Positions 29,368-44,309 are shown, counted from the first letter of the stretch. The stretch: 64,000 nt of DNA from Nymphaea colorata (GCF_008831285.2 NC_045138.2:11780001-11844000), one strand, 5' to 3'. The notes: generated from the letters alone by a model not told the origin. Numbers and translations: made by a program.

Positions 29368-30667
29368 GGAAGTGATTGGAGGTGTCTGCCGCTTCTTCCT
29401 CGCCCTCCCCTCTCGATGATCGATACAGAGTGACGGAGAGAGAGACTCCCTGCTCCGCCTCCTGACACACCCTCGTCCTTTTACTCCAAATGAAACCCAA
29501 ACTCACGGGAAATGCTTACAAATTCAGAAGAAACGCAAATGAAATGCGCCTGAAATGACATCGCTCCGTTCAAAATTTGGAGTGAGGTGGGGTGACCGGC
29601 TGAGCCGGTCTAAAGATGCTGATACCTTCGTACTTTGTTTTGGAAAAACAATTCACCGTCGGAAATTTATCGCGGCCAGCAAAAAGCCTCGGTCTCCCCA
29701 AATTATAACTTAAAAATGCAAACTTCTAAAAAGGATAAGTTTTCACGTTTGATAAATTTGTTTTTGTGAAAAAAACGTGGTTAGAACGACAACTTTTTTT
29801 TTAAAAAAAAAATCTGATTTTTATATTTGGATGGCAAGAAATGCAAGGGAAGAAAGGTTTTTAAAAAAAGAGAAAAACTGGGTTTCAAAACTGAATTTTA
29901 ACAGAATTTGCATTTTCCTTCAAAAATTTAAAATTCTTTTGCAAGATCTCTACCTATCTTTTTTTTTTTCCTTTTTACATTTTTTACATATTGCCCACAA
30001 ACTCTTCTGAAATTGCTGTGTGCTTTTTTGGACATGTGAAAATAAGGACAACAAGACTCGATAAAATAAAATAGAAACCGGTCAACCAGTGAAGTGAGAA
30101 GAGAAAGTAACCGGTATGCTTTTGGTTTGGGAAGGGGTCCGAATGCGCGGTGGGTCCCGCCAATGGGAGGATGTATTCGGATTCCAAAGCCACAATTAAA
30201 TCGAGTTGATTGCGAAATTAGCTTTTTCCCAAGAGAGCCGCCCCACCTCTTCCATTAAAAAAGAAAAACAAAGAAAAGGTTTCTTGGTCTGGGGAAAAGG
30301 GAGGATTATTTAAAATTATTTTTTGTTAGTGACGAGCTGGGTTTCTCACACCCTCAATAAACTTTTATAAAAGAAGTTAGAACAATAAACTTTTAAAGGG
30401 GGCCAAGAGGTCTTCCCTTCTAGCAAAAAAGATGCTGAGGTTCGACCAACGAAAATCCTTGCTTTTTAGTGTGTTTTTTTTTACAAGTACCTTTTGACAA
30501 AATGAATTAATAGTGACCCGGTTTTGGGATTCCGTAAAAAGGGTTACGGGTCGGCTGCTGGAAGACTCTGCCCATTAATGGCACCACACCAATAGCTGCA
30601 ACCGAGGCCTCGTCTTGGTCGTTTTCTTGTGGGAAAAGTTGCTTTTTCAACAAAATTTCAAAGAGAC

Positions 30668-30747
30668 ATCCGGACAGGATGAGGCCATGACCGCTGACCC
30701 AGAATTTTGTTGTCCTAAAGACCGGATTATAAAGGTCCAAATAATTT

Positions 30748-30779
<32 letters not shown>

Positions 30780-30870
30780 TAAATTAACATTTTTTATATT
30801 TATATATAAATTTTTAAAGTTTTTAAATTTTAAGAAAAAGCCAGTGAACCCTCCTTCCCTCCGCCCTTGG
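30668..30870. mobile_element. MITE upstream of the zinc-finger gene, same family as 54247-54438
   Basis: Right end CCTTCCCTCCGCCCTTGG is nearly the reverse complement of CCAGGGGCGGAGGGAAGG at 54246; (AT)n core. Confidence 0.55.
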
Positions 30871-30938
30871 AGGAGGTTGGGAAAGTGAGTTGCAACTATG
30901 CACCAACAAATATATTCACTTAAGAAACACAAACTTAA

Positions 30939-31144
30939 GGTTGAGTTTGTGTCATCCGGATTTCAGATCCATGATTATCTGAGATCCTTAGGATTTTAGA
31001 TTCATGGATTTAAGGTTGAACATTTTCCTTTCTATTCAACTTTAGGTTCATAGTTTTTAACATGTGCCATGAAAACGAAGAATCTCTCAAAATACACCCT
31101 TTGTGTAGCATAGGATCTAGGATCCGATGCTATCAAATGCAACC
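30939..31144. mobile_element. Tourist/PIF-Harbinger-like MITE
   Basis: TIRs GGTTGAGTTTG / CAAATGCAACC (9/11) with GGATC-rich subterminals, flanked by TAA on both sides. Confidence 0.7.
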
Positions 31145-31802
31145 TAAAAATTAAAGTACAATAGAGAGTTTTAGAAAGAAATGTCATTTGTAATATTTTA
31201 CTTTTTAATGGCTTTTTTGTCTTTATAAAAAAAAAAATCTCTTTTACTGACCAATAACATTTTGGTAATTATATACTCTATGCCTCAAGGAGTGCGTATA
31301 ACTGACTTTTATGGGTGGGTGCTACTCTTGACTTCACTTACCAATCATACCAATCTTTTTTTGATGAGTTGGAGATTGGAAAGCTTGATTTCTCATCTTT
31401 TAAATAATCCAATGCATTAATTAGAAGGATGCCTACACCATACTTGCGAGTTCTTGGTTTGCATTTGGCAATCAGCTAGCCCAGCTACTGGTGGCTTGCC
31501 GTAGGTTTCCTCTGAAACTCGATGTCTTGCACCAGACTTCTTCTATTTTACTCCATAAAGCTACCCAACCATACATAGAAGATGTTTTATTTGTTGTCCA
31601 ATCCCTGGAATGGAAAGTGTTGTTCCATTATGCTTAAACTGATTCAAATACTCATCAAAGTAGTTGTGGAACAAAAGGAACACATGGACAGAGATATTTA
31701 AGGCTACAATTTTCCAAGCTATTGTTTATTACAAAAATGTGCTCATGAACAGAGCCTCGTAATTAGTGTTTTTGCTGCTCTTCCCCCTTCTCCCTCTATT
31801 TC

Positions 31803-31807
<5 letters not shown>

Positions 31808-31838
<31 letters not shown>
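31808..31838. repeat. (CT)n microsatellite
   Basis: Direct reading. Confidence 0.9.
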
Positions 31839-31842
<4 letters not shown>

Positions 31843-32762
31843 AGTGATGGGCAGAGAAACCAATCAAGCTATACATGTGCATATGTTAACCATGTCCTCT
31901 TGTTTGACTGTAGAAGGCATAATAGTGTTGATTTGGGTTGAGTGTTGTTTTTGAGGTTCCCCTCCCCTCTCTCTCCCCTTCCTTTTCCTCCTTCCCACTC
32001 TCTCTTTTACTGCTCTCTCAGTCTACGGTTTGAACCTGCATTGGCCAATGAAGAAGAAAGGGATCAAAATCAATTAGTTAGAGAGGGAGACAAATGTAAC
32101 AACTTTACTTAAACTCTCAAATAGATGAAGCCATTGTGGAGGAGAATAGGGAATGACATCTTTAACTTCATTGGATATTCTACACATGTGCATAACTGCA
32201 TGATTGAGTATTTTCTTCATCTCATTTAAAGTTGGTTGTAGCAACATAGGGACCAATTAGCATGAGCTTAGATGGAACTTTACCACCAAAATCCTTGTCT
32301 TAGTCAACCAACAAATTTTCTCTGCTATTTTTCTTTTATTCTTTGCATCAAAACTAGGTTTTTGTAGTCATTTCTACTAGAGAAATAATAGTTTAATTGC
32401 CCCTTCTTGCCCTCTTTCAAGTGAGGTACTATTGCTCTAATAAAAATTGTTGAACCAAACTTTAGGCATGAGAAAATTATGTTGGAAAAGCTCATGAATT
32501 GCTATGCATACTACAAAAAATGTATGTAGTGACGGGGTTGCCGGAAAACAAATATCTGTACTAGCGATTGAGATCTTGTCACATGTATACATTAATCCTC
32601 TAAATAAGATGCAAACCACCCACATTTCCCCCATTTTGTTTCAATGCATTAAAACCCTCTTTTTCCATAGACAGAGAAACCCTATCCCTCATCCTTGTCG
32701 AAACCCTCTCCATTTATTGTCGGGTGCGAAGGTCTATCCATTCACCACTGACTACCTATGTG

Positions 32763-32764
<2 letters not shown>

Positions 32765-32809
<45 letters not shown>
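32765..32809. repeat. (CT)n microsatellite
   Basis: Direct reading. Confidence 0.9.
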
Positions 32810-32812
<3 letters not shown>

Positions 32813-35169
32813 CGGGCTTAGGGCTTCATTGCAACTTTTGTATCTGGTTCGCTGATATCTTCTTCTCCTGCTCGTTGCACTCCATTGATTGCGGATGAAG
32901 AGTACTCTCCATTTATAGTGAACATCGAGCTCCATCTCTCTCTACCCATCAAGGGAGGGTGCGACGGGAGACGGCGGGCCTGAAGGACAAATAATTTTAA
33001 AACTTGTGTTTATATATTGTTTTTTCAAGTGTATCCATTGTTTAGCATGTAAGGAGTCTTTCCATCACTGGAATAGGGCAAGAATCTACTGGATTCACAC
33101 CTGAATAGTCCAAATCAGGTTGGACTATCCAATGAACAAATTTCTTGTTCATCCTGACTAAAAGGTGGGTTTTTTTGTTATGGTTTGATTGTTCAACCCA
33201 CATTCTTTTGATTCAATATTATCTTCAATCAAAGGGGAAAGTTGAACTTGGTTTATGATGGTGAAAATCACTTTTTTAGAAAGAATCAAGCACTTTTTAC
33301 AAGAAGGGAACTAGATATCGAAATTAATGGAGTGCATCTAAACCCCTTTTTTTGTTGATTCATGATCATTTCTTGGTTTTGACTTGTGTTTACACTTTTT
33401 AAGTTTGCAAAAAGGCTTCTGTTTACCATAAACAAATAGAGCCAATGCAAGGTACACTGCAAGCAATGTCACCTACTAAGTTACTTTTCTTGAATTTTGT
33501 TGAAGGACCATCATTCAACTAGTTTTATTCATGAACATGTTGCTTGTGGTAATTGTTAGCATGACTCATGTGCCGACCAGCGGTCATCATCACTCTGAAT
33601 CTAAAGAAATTAACGTAAGGCATACAAATTTAATAAGGGATTTATTTAAGGTTGTGTGGAGACATTTGTTTGTAAGTTATATTATTATTTATACTCAGAT
33701 GTTGGACAAAATTACCATTTTTTTATATGGGTTGCTTGAGACAACGTCGATCTCATTTCCTATGAAAGTTCAAATTGTTTTCAAAGTCTGTTTGTAATTA
33801 TATATAAACATTTTTTTATCATTTTTTATGGGTAACAGTGAAGAGACTTTCAAAGGATATGCTCATGAAGGAGAGCACATTCATGTCACTGATCAATTAT
33901 GTGTTGAACATAGTCCCTTTCTTGGGCACACTCAATGTGAATGAATGAAATTTGCCAACATGCATCCCAATAGGAGGATCATGCATCATGATGATGGACA
34001 ATGGGATGGAACAGAAGATGCAGGGATTGAGCTCGTCACTCTCTTTCTCCCTCTCTCTTTCTTTGCAAGTATGGTGCATGGTACATGATGACTAAATTAT
34101 TGAGAGAATGTCTACAAATTGCTTGGACGACAACCCAATTCATTTAATATTAGATTGAGCAACCATTTTCTTTTCTTTAAACACTTTGTTTGTGGACCGG
34201 TGAAGATAATGGAGCACACAAAAATGGGGAGTGACAGACAACTCAGAAGGCTTTCTCAAGCCTTTAGTCCGAACTTGTAGTTTCTATTCACAGGCTCCCT
34301 ACTCTCATATGGTTCAAACTGCATGTAAATATATGAAATTAAAGTGTCTAGATCAAGGAGGAGGAAATTGCCAGTCTTTGTCTCATGAGAAGCTAGCCAG
34401 TTTCATTATGGGTTAAGTTTGCTAGAAGTCAAGGTTTGCAGAAAAGTAACAGTTTGTTTAAATTCATTATTTCCAGGATTGTTGTAACTTTGTAGCTGCA
34501 AGAATTCATCCATTTATGCATGATCCTTTTTATCTCTGATTTGGGTAGAGCACTGTAATAAATTAAGTAATTTGTGTTTAAGTCTTTGACCCTTTATCTT
34601 TCCCTTTTAATTAAAGTTCACATGGTGTTCATGCATATCTGCTTGTACAAATCAACGCATTTGCTTACTGTAATAGACAAATCTGCGCAAATTCCTCACG
34701 TAGGTGAAATTGAAAACTAGTTGCTCTTGAAAACTGGCATTTTCAGGTCACAGGATATGGCAATCACACATGCTAATGTATATAATGTAACTATTATAAC
34801 CATTTTTTTCTTGTATATATAGTTAAGCATTATTGTATATGTTGTGTTTTGCATTGTAGGCTTTAGTGATTATACAACTATTTGACGATCATCCAATAAG
34901 ATCAATTACTATTCAGGAGGAATTTCATTCTTCAAACTAAATAGCACACAAGCAGGATATAACCTTTGCGTTCAAGTGAATGCGTCCTATATCTAGATGA
35001 TAGATAGAGTTACCTCCCATGAAGTTTTACTTCAATGATATACGTGCATGTGCATGTGGGTGCATCTGTCTTGTGCTTGCCCATCGATGACCATGTACAT
35101 ATTCAAATAATTGAAGTAAACTAGACTACATTGATGAGCATGTCTATATTTACCGAGTTTCAAGGCTAG

Positions 35170-37990
35170 GCTACATTTGAGAAAATTGAAGGGCAACTAG
35201 ACTTAAAATACCCCAAATTGTCTTAGAAACTTTAAGAAAACTGAGGTGGATAATTGTTGTTCCTTGAGAAGATGAATAATTAGTGTATCTGGATGCTCTG
35301 GTCAAGAAAAGATCCTTGCTAAGGAGTTGATTGAACATGGCGGCCTCACAAAATGGTTGTTCAGTGACTCTGATTGTTGCCTTCAATTGGAGAAGAAAAA
35401 AGGTATTAATGGTTATTTTTTCAGTTTCAAGGTCATGGATCAAGTATTAACCATGAGAGATAGAATAAAGAGATTGACAGTGATGCCTTAATTTCCATTT
35501 GGTTGTGTCTCTCACTCTAGTATTTCAATCAAACTCTAGAACCCAAAGAAAGCAAAACCAGAACCCTACAACAACTTGAAAGGTAGCCCTTGTCAGCAGA
35601 TTTCTTTTCTCCATTCTTGACTTTTGTCTTCTCTTGGTTGCCAGTGGTTGTGTTTTCCAAAGAAATGTTGTATGCCCTTCAATAAACAATCAATCATTTG
35701 ACAACGGGCCCAATTGGCATTAAGAAAACTTGACATCACTTTTATTGATGTGGAGACCGAGATCGAGATTTTGTATGAGATATCATAGGATGCTTTCGAT
35801 ATAGCTCGAATTCTCTTTAGTAGATTTTTTTGTGAACTAACAAGCTTTATTTATAACATAAGAAATATTGGCCTTGCGAATACCCCCCTACAATGCTTTT
35901 GTAAATAGTTGGTTCTTTAAAGGTTGACTACTAAACTTTAATATATTTGTGTTAGCAGCAGCAAGAGTAAATAGTAGGTTTGACATTCTCCATATTGGAC
36001 CTATGAAGAAGCTTCTTAACATATTTTTGTTGGGACAAAAACAAATGGTCCATTATTTTACCAATTTCTAGTCTCAAGAAGTAGTGGATATTGTTGATGG
36101 AGAATTCTGAAGGAAAATTGTTATAAGGTTCTATAGATAAGAACTGGAGCTTCCTATGGCAATAACATTATCAATAGAATGACAACAAATGTGAGTTGAA
36201 CATTTGGTTAAATTCTAGAACTATTGTGGCCAAGGTGGCAATGCCAAACCGGGGCATTATCATCCTAAAGTGAAGCAATCATGGCATGCATACTCTTGAA
36301 CCACTACTTGATCCTTGCAGTACCTTTCAATTAGCACCATTAGGAGACAAAGAAATGAACCAAACATACAACCCACAGTTATTTACTTGCTAACGAAGAA
36401 TGTGTTTGAATTGCAGGTCCTTAAACAAAAATTTTGAGAATGAAATTCAAAATTTTTTATGACCATTAAATTTAGCCACTAATAGTAGATTCTTAGAGTA
36501 CCAATAATGTAAATATTGTTGCAATTTAAAATTTATGCCATTAAAAGAGATAGAAAAATTATCAATATTGGAAATAGGGATTGACAATGTTGTTGACCAT
36601 GATGTCATTTGCACCATTACAATATATTTTGTTTGAAAGAGCCTTTTCTTTGGCAGTCATGTGATGAGAAATGCCCACTTCTGAGTACTACATAACATCA
36701 ATGAGTTGTCATCCTAAATATATAAATTTGGTATATCATGACTCTGGTAGGCTACAATATTTCATACCACAAAATTGATAAGCTACAACTGGTTAATCAA
36801 TTACATTGTAACATCTTATAAGTTTAATCATATATATAAGATTATGAAAAATTTTGAGGGACTTATAAAGGGGTTGTTAAGTGGGTGGTTGTCATGATTC
36901 TTAGCCTTTTTGGGCTGTAATCAAAGCTACTAAGGGGTGGGTTGAGATATGATAGATCAAGGGCCAAAGCCTGATATGAGAGTGAACCGGGTTGTTACAA
37001 TGGTATCAAAAATATGTTGAACACTTGGACCTAAGGTCCCATGTGCAAAAATGCATACGCATTAAAGGGATAGATTATAACACCCCAAAAGTTTAGTCTC
37101 ATATCTAAGATTCTTGAAATTTTTTGGAGACTTATAAAAAGAGTTGTTGGTTATCCTAATTTCTAGTCCTTTTAAGGCTGGAACAGAAGCTGTTAAGCTG
37201 GGTTGGTATCCACCAACCTGAGAGCTTGAGCCCAATCGCGTTATTACATGGACTCTTTAAAATCACAATTACTTTAAACATGCTGGTTCCAATTGTTTTG
37301 ACAATATTGATGACTGTCCTTGCCTCAATTATGGTGATATGCCCACAAACCATGTTGCTTAACGGCAGTGAGGTTTTCGATTTGTTGGGTGGCTTGTTGG
37401 TTAATATTTTGGAGTTGCTTCTCATAGTTCAGGAGAAGACCATATAACTCATCAAGTGTATGAAGCACTTTCATATTTAGTGGACAAAACATTGAGCATA
37501 TGATACACAAGATCATCATTGGCAACAAGTTCATCAACAACACATAAGGGTCAATAAGAATTTAGCATTGTTTAGATAATCAATCATGGACTGATCTCCT
37601 TTGTGGACATCTTGTTGCAAGGTTCTCATACTTGATTGTGAAGCATAAGAGTTTTCCAATGAGTTTCATGTATCTTGAGTAGTATATGAATGGATAATTT
37701 GGCCAAGAACAAACTCGGCCATAGGAGATTTGATTCAACTTGAAGCTCGGTCTTCCAAGCATTTCCAAAATATAAGTTTAGGATTAATAGATTTATTTTT
37801 GTCATTACAAGATATTGACTAGGGGTCAAGCAGGTTCCATCCAAAAAATTAATCAAGTCTAGGTAAACATACAAATTCTATTATGATGACCAAAGTAAAG
37901 TGTTTGTTCTATCTAACTTGACAAAAAATACACTTGAGAAAGCATTCTAGTGAACCATCGGCTTAGACTAAAGTGATATCATCAAACATA
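35170..37990 (-). mobile_element. Degraded Ty1/copia gag and protease/GAG-pre-integrase remnants (interrupted by a TRIM)
   Basis: Minus strand VKLDRN...LW, LINFLDGT and TLDELYGLLLNYEKQL (37150-37990); SHHMT-type protease motif near 36670; further gag-like debris at 35170-35560. Confidence 0.6.
36807..37155 (+). mobile_element. TRIM (terminal-repeat retrotransposon in miniature), 3' LTR truncated
   Basis: LTR1 TGTAAC...GTTACA (36807-36999); PBS TGGTATCA (37001); ~76-bp internal region; PPT AAAGGGATAGA; LTR2 from 37076 repeats the first ~75 bp of LTR1 (AAGTTTA.TC..ATAT.TAAGATT.TGAAA.TTTT...GACTTATAAA). Confidence 0.75.
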
Positions 37991-39131
37991 TGTTAGTAGG
38001 GGAAGAGGACAATTCAAATGCTGCCATGAAGGAGCAAGAGCAACTTGCATGGCTGAAACATGAAATGTTGAGAGATCACGAATTGGACCCCACAAATAGA
38101 TCGACTATGTGGCCAACCTATTCACTGAACCATTTACTTATTATCATGAGTTTTGCCTTCCATCTTGCAAATTAATATTGAAGGAGGGGTAGAAATTAAA
38201 GAGGCTTAGGAGACTCGGCCTCACATTCTTTGTATTTATCTAGTCTTCTGGTTCAATTGCCAAGTAGTGATTTGTAATCATTTTCTTTTCAATTGCTGCT
38301 TTGAAGGTTTGGATGAAGATGAGGAAAGACATCCTAGATGGGATTACCATTGTGGATTTATATTTTTGACTCAAACTTGAGAGGAAATCCTTGAACATAT
38401 GTCGGCCAAGGGATTGGTAAAGCGTATAAGGAATTTGAATCCCAATGAGGTGAAAGACCCCCTAAAATGTTAATATTATAAGTTTTATCAAGCTTACAAG
38501 AAGTGTTTTGTATTGCTAAACATCATACAAGACTACATTGATGAAGTGTCTCAGGCTCAGAAAGAGGAGAAGTCCAAGATCTTTATCAACTCTTTTTCTG
38601 AACATGACAAACCCTCAACAAATGTCATTTTAGAACTACCATTCATTCTATAACAGTACATCATTCCAATGAAAGGCATAGATTGATGGAATGATAGCAC
38701 GTATGGTAGTTCTATATTTCAAATTCTCCTTCATTTGACTTATTTGCAGAAATGGCTAGAAGAAATCAGGTTGAACAAAAAATGAGTATTTATGTATGAT
38801 TAGATGCAAAAGTTAGTTTTGTGTATGTCTTTGCCATGTTAGCAGGTAAACAGATGGTGCCAAGGCAATGAAATAACTACTAGCTACTTCTCCTCCTATT
38901 AAAAATAAGGATTAACCTCCAATTAAGACTAAAAGGAAGGAGAAAGTAGTTTGTTAGAAGTAGTCTGAACTAGGTTAGAATAAGGGAAAAACTAGTACTT
39001 CCACTAAAATCGCAGTAGAAGTGATTGTTGCTTAGCTTGTTAGGTCTTCACTAGTGCACTCAGAAGATCTGGATGGGCTAATAAAGAAGTTTGTGATCAA
39101 ATCAGATACAATCATGTAATATCTTACTTAG

Positions 39132-39800
39132 ATGATGAATTCTATCATGTCCAATTCTCTAGTTATTTTTTCAGATGATGATTTGCCTTGCCCTAATGTC
39201 TTTCACAACAATGTCTTATATATAGTTGTAAGAACACATGAAATGGTGGTACTACATGTGCTAATAGATGGTGGTAACAATCTTAATATTTGCCAGGAGA
39301 TCATAGCCAAGGCCTTAATGGTTGAAGAATGTCAATCATATGCACTCACCTTTTACAGTTTTGACAATAATAGACAAACAACTAGAGGTAGGATTTTTCT
39401 GGACTTGCATATCAGTTACTCGATGGACAAGGTAATATTTATGGGTCAATGTGCCTCCTTAATAGAATTTGTTGTTTGGCATGCTATGGATTCAGACGAA
39501 TGCGGTTCCTTCCACACTATATCAGTGTGTGAAGTGGAGCCAAGGCGGTGTTATCACGAAGGTGTTAATGGAAAATTCCAAAGAATAATTTCCATGGCCC
39601 ATTACACCCCTACCTTGCCTACAATGTTGATGCCCCAAGTATCTATCAGGAAGAAGAAATCTCTTTGTGAAACAATTGAGGGTTTTGGAAGATGAAAGAG
39701 CCCATGGAATTCATTTAACAATTTTGTATTGAGCCTTGGAAAGACCCTGTAATTTTCAAAGTGGAGGAAAGTTGATGATCGCAACATCTGAGATCATCCC
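39132..39800 (+). mobile_element. Ty3/gypsy (Ogre/Tat-like) aspartic protease region remnant
   Basis: IFSDDDLP...HNNVLYIVV...VLIDGGNNLNIC matches the FSDDDL..HN..LYI..VLID(N)GS.LN motif. Confidence 0.7.
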
Positions 39801-39869
39801 TTCTACCAAAAATTCATAAAAAATAATCCCTTACTCAAGTATGCAAAGGAGGTGAATTCCCCAATGAGC

Positions 39870-40545
39870 TCTTCAGCTAAACTTCAAAAGAAGGGACAGA
39901 TATATAAAGACGAAACAATTTACAGGAGCAGCATCGGAGCACTTCAATTGCACTGGGCTCACAAGACTAGATATTTCGTTTGTCATAAATAAACCTTGCC
40001 AATATATGCACTGTCCAACTGAAGTCCATTGGAAATCAGTCAAATGCATCTTTAGGTATCTCAAAGGTACGCTTGATTTGGGTCTTCGCTTGAAGCCTTC
40101 GACAAACCGTTATTGCTTAAAGCCTTTAAGGACATAGGCTAGGTCGGATGGGTTGATGATAGAAGTCAACTAAAGGGTGTGTAGTGTTTCTTGGCACTCC
40201 CAAAAGCAAATAATTGTTGCCTTGTCAAGTATCGAGGCAGAGTATAAGTCACTTGCTCTGATCCAAGCTCTACTGAGAGAACTTGATTTTGAGGAAAACA
40301 AAATTTTAGTCTTATGGTGTGACCATTGTATTGGGCTTCAAGACTGATTTTTCATGTAAGGACCAAACATGCAGAAATAGACTTCTAGTTTCTTCAAGAC
40401 CATGTAACAGAGGTCATACCGCTATGCAGTTCATCAAAACTACTGAACCAATGTTTGTCCAAACCCCCGAGTGTGTTCATGTTTTAACCAATTTCAAAGC
40501 GATATCTGCATAGTCAATACCATGCTCTGATTGAAGTGCATGTTA
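39870..40545 (+). mobile_element. Ty1/copia reverse transcriptase / RNase H remnant
   Basis: IGALQ..TRLDISFVINKPCQYMHCPTEVHWKSVKCIFRYLKGT, KQIIVALSSIEAEYKSLA, RTKHAEIDF. Confidence 0.8.
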
Positions 40546-43500
40546 AGGAAGAAGATCACGGGGTCTAGACAATGACGTTGGAGGTAACAAAAGAGGCATC
40601 AAATGAAGTGATTCAAGGCTGGCATGAGAGTCGACCGTATCTCTGCGATGATTGGTTAGCTTATACAATTCTACAGTTAGTCTTGCTTCTGTCCTATACC
40701 ACTTTAACAAGATCGAATGATATCAAATGCATATTCGTTTTCATTGACCTGGAGTTGGATCAAGCGTCGTCAAATCCGTGGAAAACTTATTACACGAATA
40801 GCGACTAATGAGAAAGTTCGGGGAGTGTGTGTGAGAAGCCACCAGAGATTGTCTTTTGGAACCTTTGTGATTCTAATGCCACATCTGCGTGGTAGACTGA
40901 GTGCCACCCCTTGGTGAATTTTCAAAGAACTTGGTGCAGATCTTCATAGAGAATAATGGTGAAATAAGATCATAAAACTTCTAGACGTAATGGAAACAGC
41001 TATATCAGGGAAGGATTATGAAAAGTTGGTGATCAAGTTTTACTTATTTTCCATTGTACCAACATGGGAGAAAATGTTGCTACTGTTGGTTTGAAAAAGA
41101 AAAAGGAATAAAAGTAGAACGTTTGCTAAATGGGCTATTGACATAATTGGCAAGCGTGCTAACTATATGAAGCAAACATAACTTGGTGCTCCAAAAAAAA
41201 AGAGTACTTCATATGAGTAAACAAATTATATGAAGCAAATGTACAAGAATACGAGGGCCCTCATAATGACAACAGCAAACTCATATGCCATGATTTAATC
41301 ACAAACTTAACATAGCTTAATTTAGATTGTTAAAGAAAAACTAAATGGTAACTTCAGAAACTGAAACGGGATTTCAACTTTCAATAAAGGGAAAGGAAGA
41401 ATGTGTGTGTCCACGATTAGGGTCTTGGAGAAGGTAAGAATGAGAAGCTACAACTCTGATGACGATGATGGTAATGGAGAGAAAGAGTGTGTGTATGTAT
41501 GGTTGAAACGATGAAGACTTGAAGGGTTGAAGGTGGGGATAATTAAAAAAGTTAATTTGGAAGTTCAAAAGTCATATCCATATTAACTTTAGGTTGGATC
41601 TTATACATCATATCATATCTCTGCCATGTAATTTACCAAAATATTTTAACTTCCTTATTTTTTAAAATGAAAATAAAATATGATTAATTGATTAAGCTAA
41701 CTAAAAAACTTTGTGCATTTATTAAATAAATCATCAAATTAGGTCACTTAGACAATTAAACTAAATATATACCTTTTATTGAGTGAAGCTTGTCGTTTAA
41801 TCCTTGATTTAAATTCTTTAAGTGATTTTCCAATATTTTTTCAAAGTGATTTTCCTAAATAATCTCAATTAAGTAAACTAATTGAAAAATAATGGATTGT
41901 TTGTGTAAAGCATCAATGCAATTATTTAAAACAAATATCTTCATTTAATAAAACTCATATTGCTTAGTTCTTCAATATTTATTTAAATATCTTTCCTAGA
42001 ATTTTTTTCTCCTTCCAAATATTTATCCAAGAAAATTAGGATGCCAATTGAATACCTAAGGCATTTACATAAATTGAATGGTCACACAAAATGATTCATT
42101 TGATTAATTAGACAAATAATTGATATGAAAAATAAAATTTCAAGTTATTCATTGTTCTCGTATTAAGCGTATTTTTTCAATGTCAATTTTTACATTTATG
42201 AAGAATAATAAAGTTTGTTGAGATTTCTGATTAAAGTTTGTTGACCAGGTTAATTAAAATAATCCATTTCATTACATAAAAGGGTCTAATTAAACAAAAT
42301 AAACCAAAAAGTTTTTTATTAATTGAAAATTTTTGTTCGCAACTAGAGAAATTATGAATTTTGAAAATTTTATGGTGCTGGTATTTTTTAATTAATTGAC
42401 TAAAAAAGTATCTTATTTTACATCTTTATATTTTTTTATGAAGGAAAAACATAGATATAAAGATTTTAAATATAAAATAATGTTTGTGGCCATGATTATT
42501 GTTAAACTTGCCTCCATATGAAGGATTTTGGAGATGCTTTGCTCATATTTTGCTGGATCGATTTGACCTCAATATTATTTTTAATTAGTTAATAACCTTC
42601 TTTTCATGATATTGACTTTTTTACATATGAATGTTATTTCTAAGCTATTAGTTCCTCCATTATAAATAGTTTCAAATTTTATCAATTATGATTAGGATGT
42701 ATTGTGGTTATTGTCAAACATTTTTTGTGTACCATCATTTTCTTATTATTTTGATTGATTAATTGGGTGGATTAGTCTGCTGGTATTTTATTTAATCCAA
42801 TAATCCAGTTAATTATTCAAGTTTGCCTGTTTAATTAATTAATTGAAAAATTTTGTGTTGACCGTAAAAAAATTTACTTAAGATATAAATTTTGAGTCTC
42901 AAATAGCGATCAAGGTTATTATTATTGTACAATTAATTTTATTTTCTTAATACCATTTTATACTAAGATTGTTTAAAAATGGCAGTTTTTAATTATTATT
43001 AAGCTTGTAGGTAGCCGATGTTCAACATATCTTATTCCAATGGTCCAGACTCTCAACCTTTTATTCAGAATGAATTTATGTACAAAAAGGAACTAGCAAG
43101 GATGTTTTGCATCAACCAATAACAACCAGAACCTAGATTCACGACCCAGAAACCACCCACCTTGTACCAAGAAAACAGCTACAAAGAAATAGTAAACAAA
43201 AAACCAAGAGAGCTAGCTAAATCAAATCAGCCATATTCATATCTGTTGTCAGTATCACTCCACCCACTGCAGAGGAAATTATATTATTATCAATCCAAAG
43301 AGCATTAGTCCTCTTTAATTCTCCTCTAACATTCCCCACTCTCATTCCTTCTAGCCTATTTTTCAAGCCATGCATTATTACTTCTCACTGAGAACCTGTC
43401 AACTTGGTCTCCTGCCATCTCAAGACCCTGCAGCAGCAGACCATTCTCAGCCACATCCCTCCCACAGACGGCACCACCTTCTTGATTGTAGGTTGCTGAC

Positions 43501-44309
43501 CACCATAAAGCTCTAGAACTCCAAACTTTTCTGCAACCACAGGACTACAAATGATATTAGTTGACTGCTTTACTAAACACCCTTATTCCATTGTCATGAG
43601 TTATCTCAAAGCCATCAAATCCTCCATACAAAAACGTGAAATACAACTGTAGACATGCTCATCAAATTTCTCATAGGGAAAATAACCATTTTTGTCCTTC
43701 ACAATGTGATTTCAAATTAATTTCAAAAACGAGATTTCAACAGTTGGGGCAATTTATCATAATGAAACTCTAAAAACTTCATTTTGTAACAAAGGACCTA
43801 GACTAGATCACCTAGGTTGCTGCAATCCTAAAAATTTCCATTTTGCCCAACCTGTAATTTTTAGCCAAAATCGAAAATTTTACCCAAGAACTCTGAGATA
43901 TAAAAAATAAAACTTGAGCAATTAGGATAACTCTCATTGTAAATACCACAAAATATTGACATCATGACAAATGACTATTTTACCCTTGAATGCCAAAAAA
44001 TCTTAGAATATTGATAATGATTAGAACAAACTCAAATTGAATAATTCTTATCTCCCCAAGTCTCTCATGATAGTTGGAATCAACTCATCAACACTTTTCA
44101 TTGGCTTAAGTCAGCTTTCCATATCTCAAATCAAATCATTAGAACCTAAGATTGTACTTTCTAACACGACTATATATCTGTAAGTCCAACCCATTTCAGG
44201 ATAGGTTTACCTTACTAGAGATAAAGTATTATTTCACTTACTTTTGAGTAACCAAGCCCAAATTTCAGTTATAGAGTAACACGTAGGTTTCCACTAGGTC
44301 TCTTTTTCG

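Noticed and set aside
28976..29506. 176-aa and 124-aa minus-strand ORFs upstream of the zinc-finger CDS
   Set aside because: Non-ATG starts; they span the predicted 5'-UTR exon and intron
31380..34450. Scattered exon-like patches and short ORFs
   Set aside because: No consistent frame or recognisable family; likely decayed TE or intergenic DNA
41560..43000. Very AT-rich 1.4-kb block
   Set aside because: No ORF, TIR or periodicity that I could support; left unannotated
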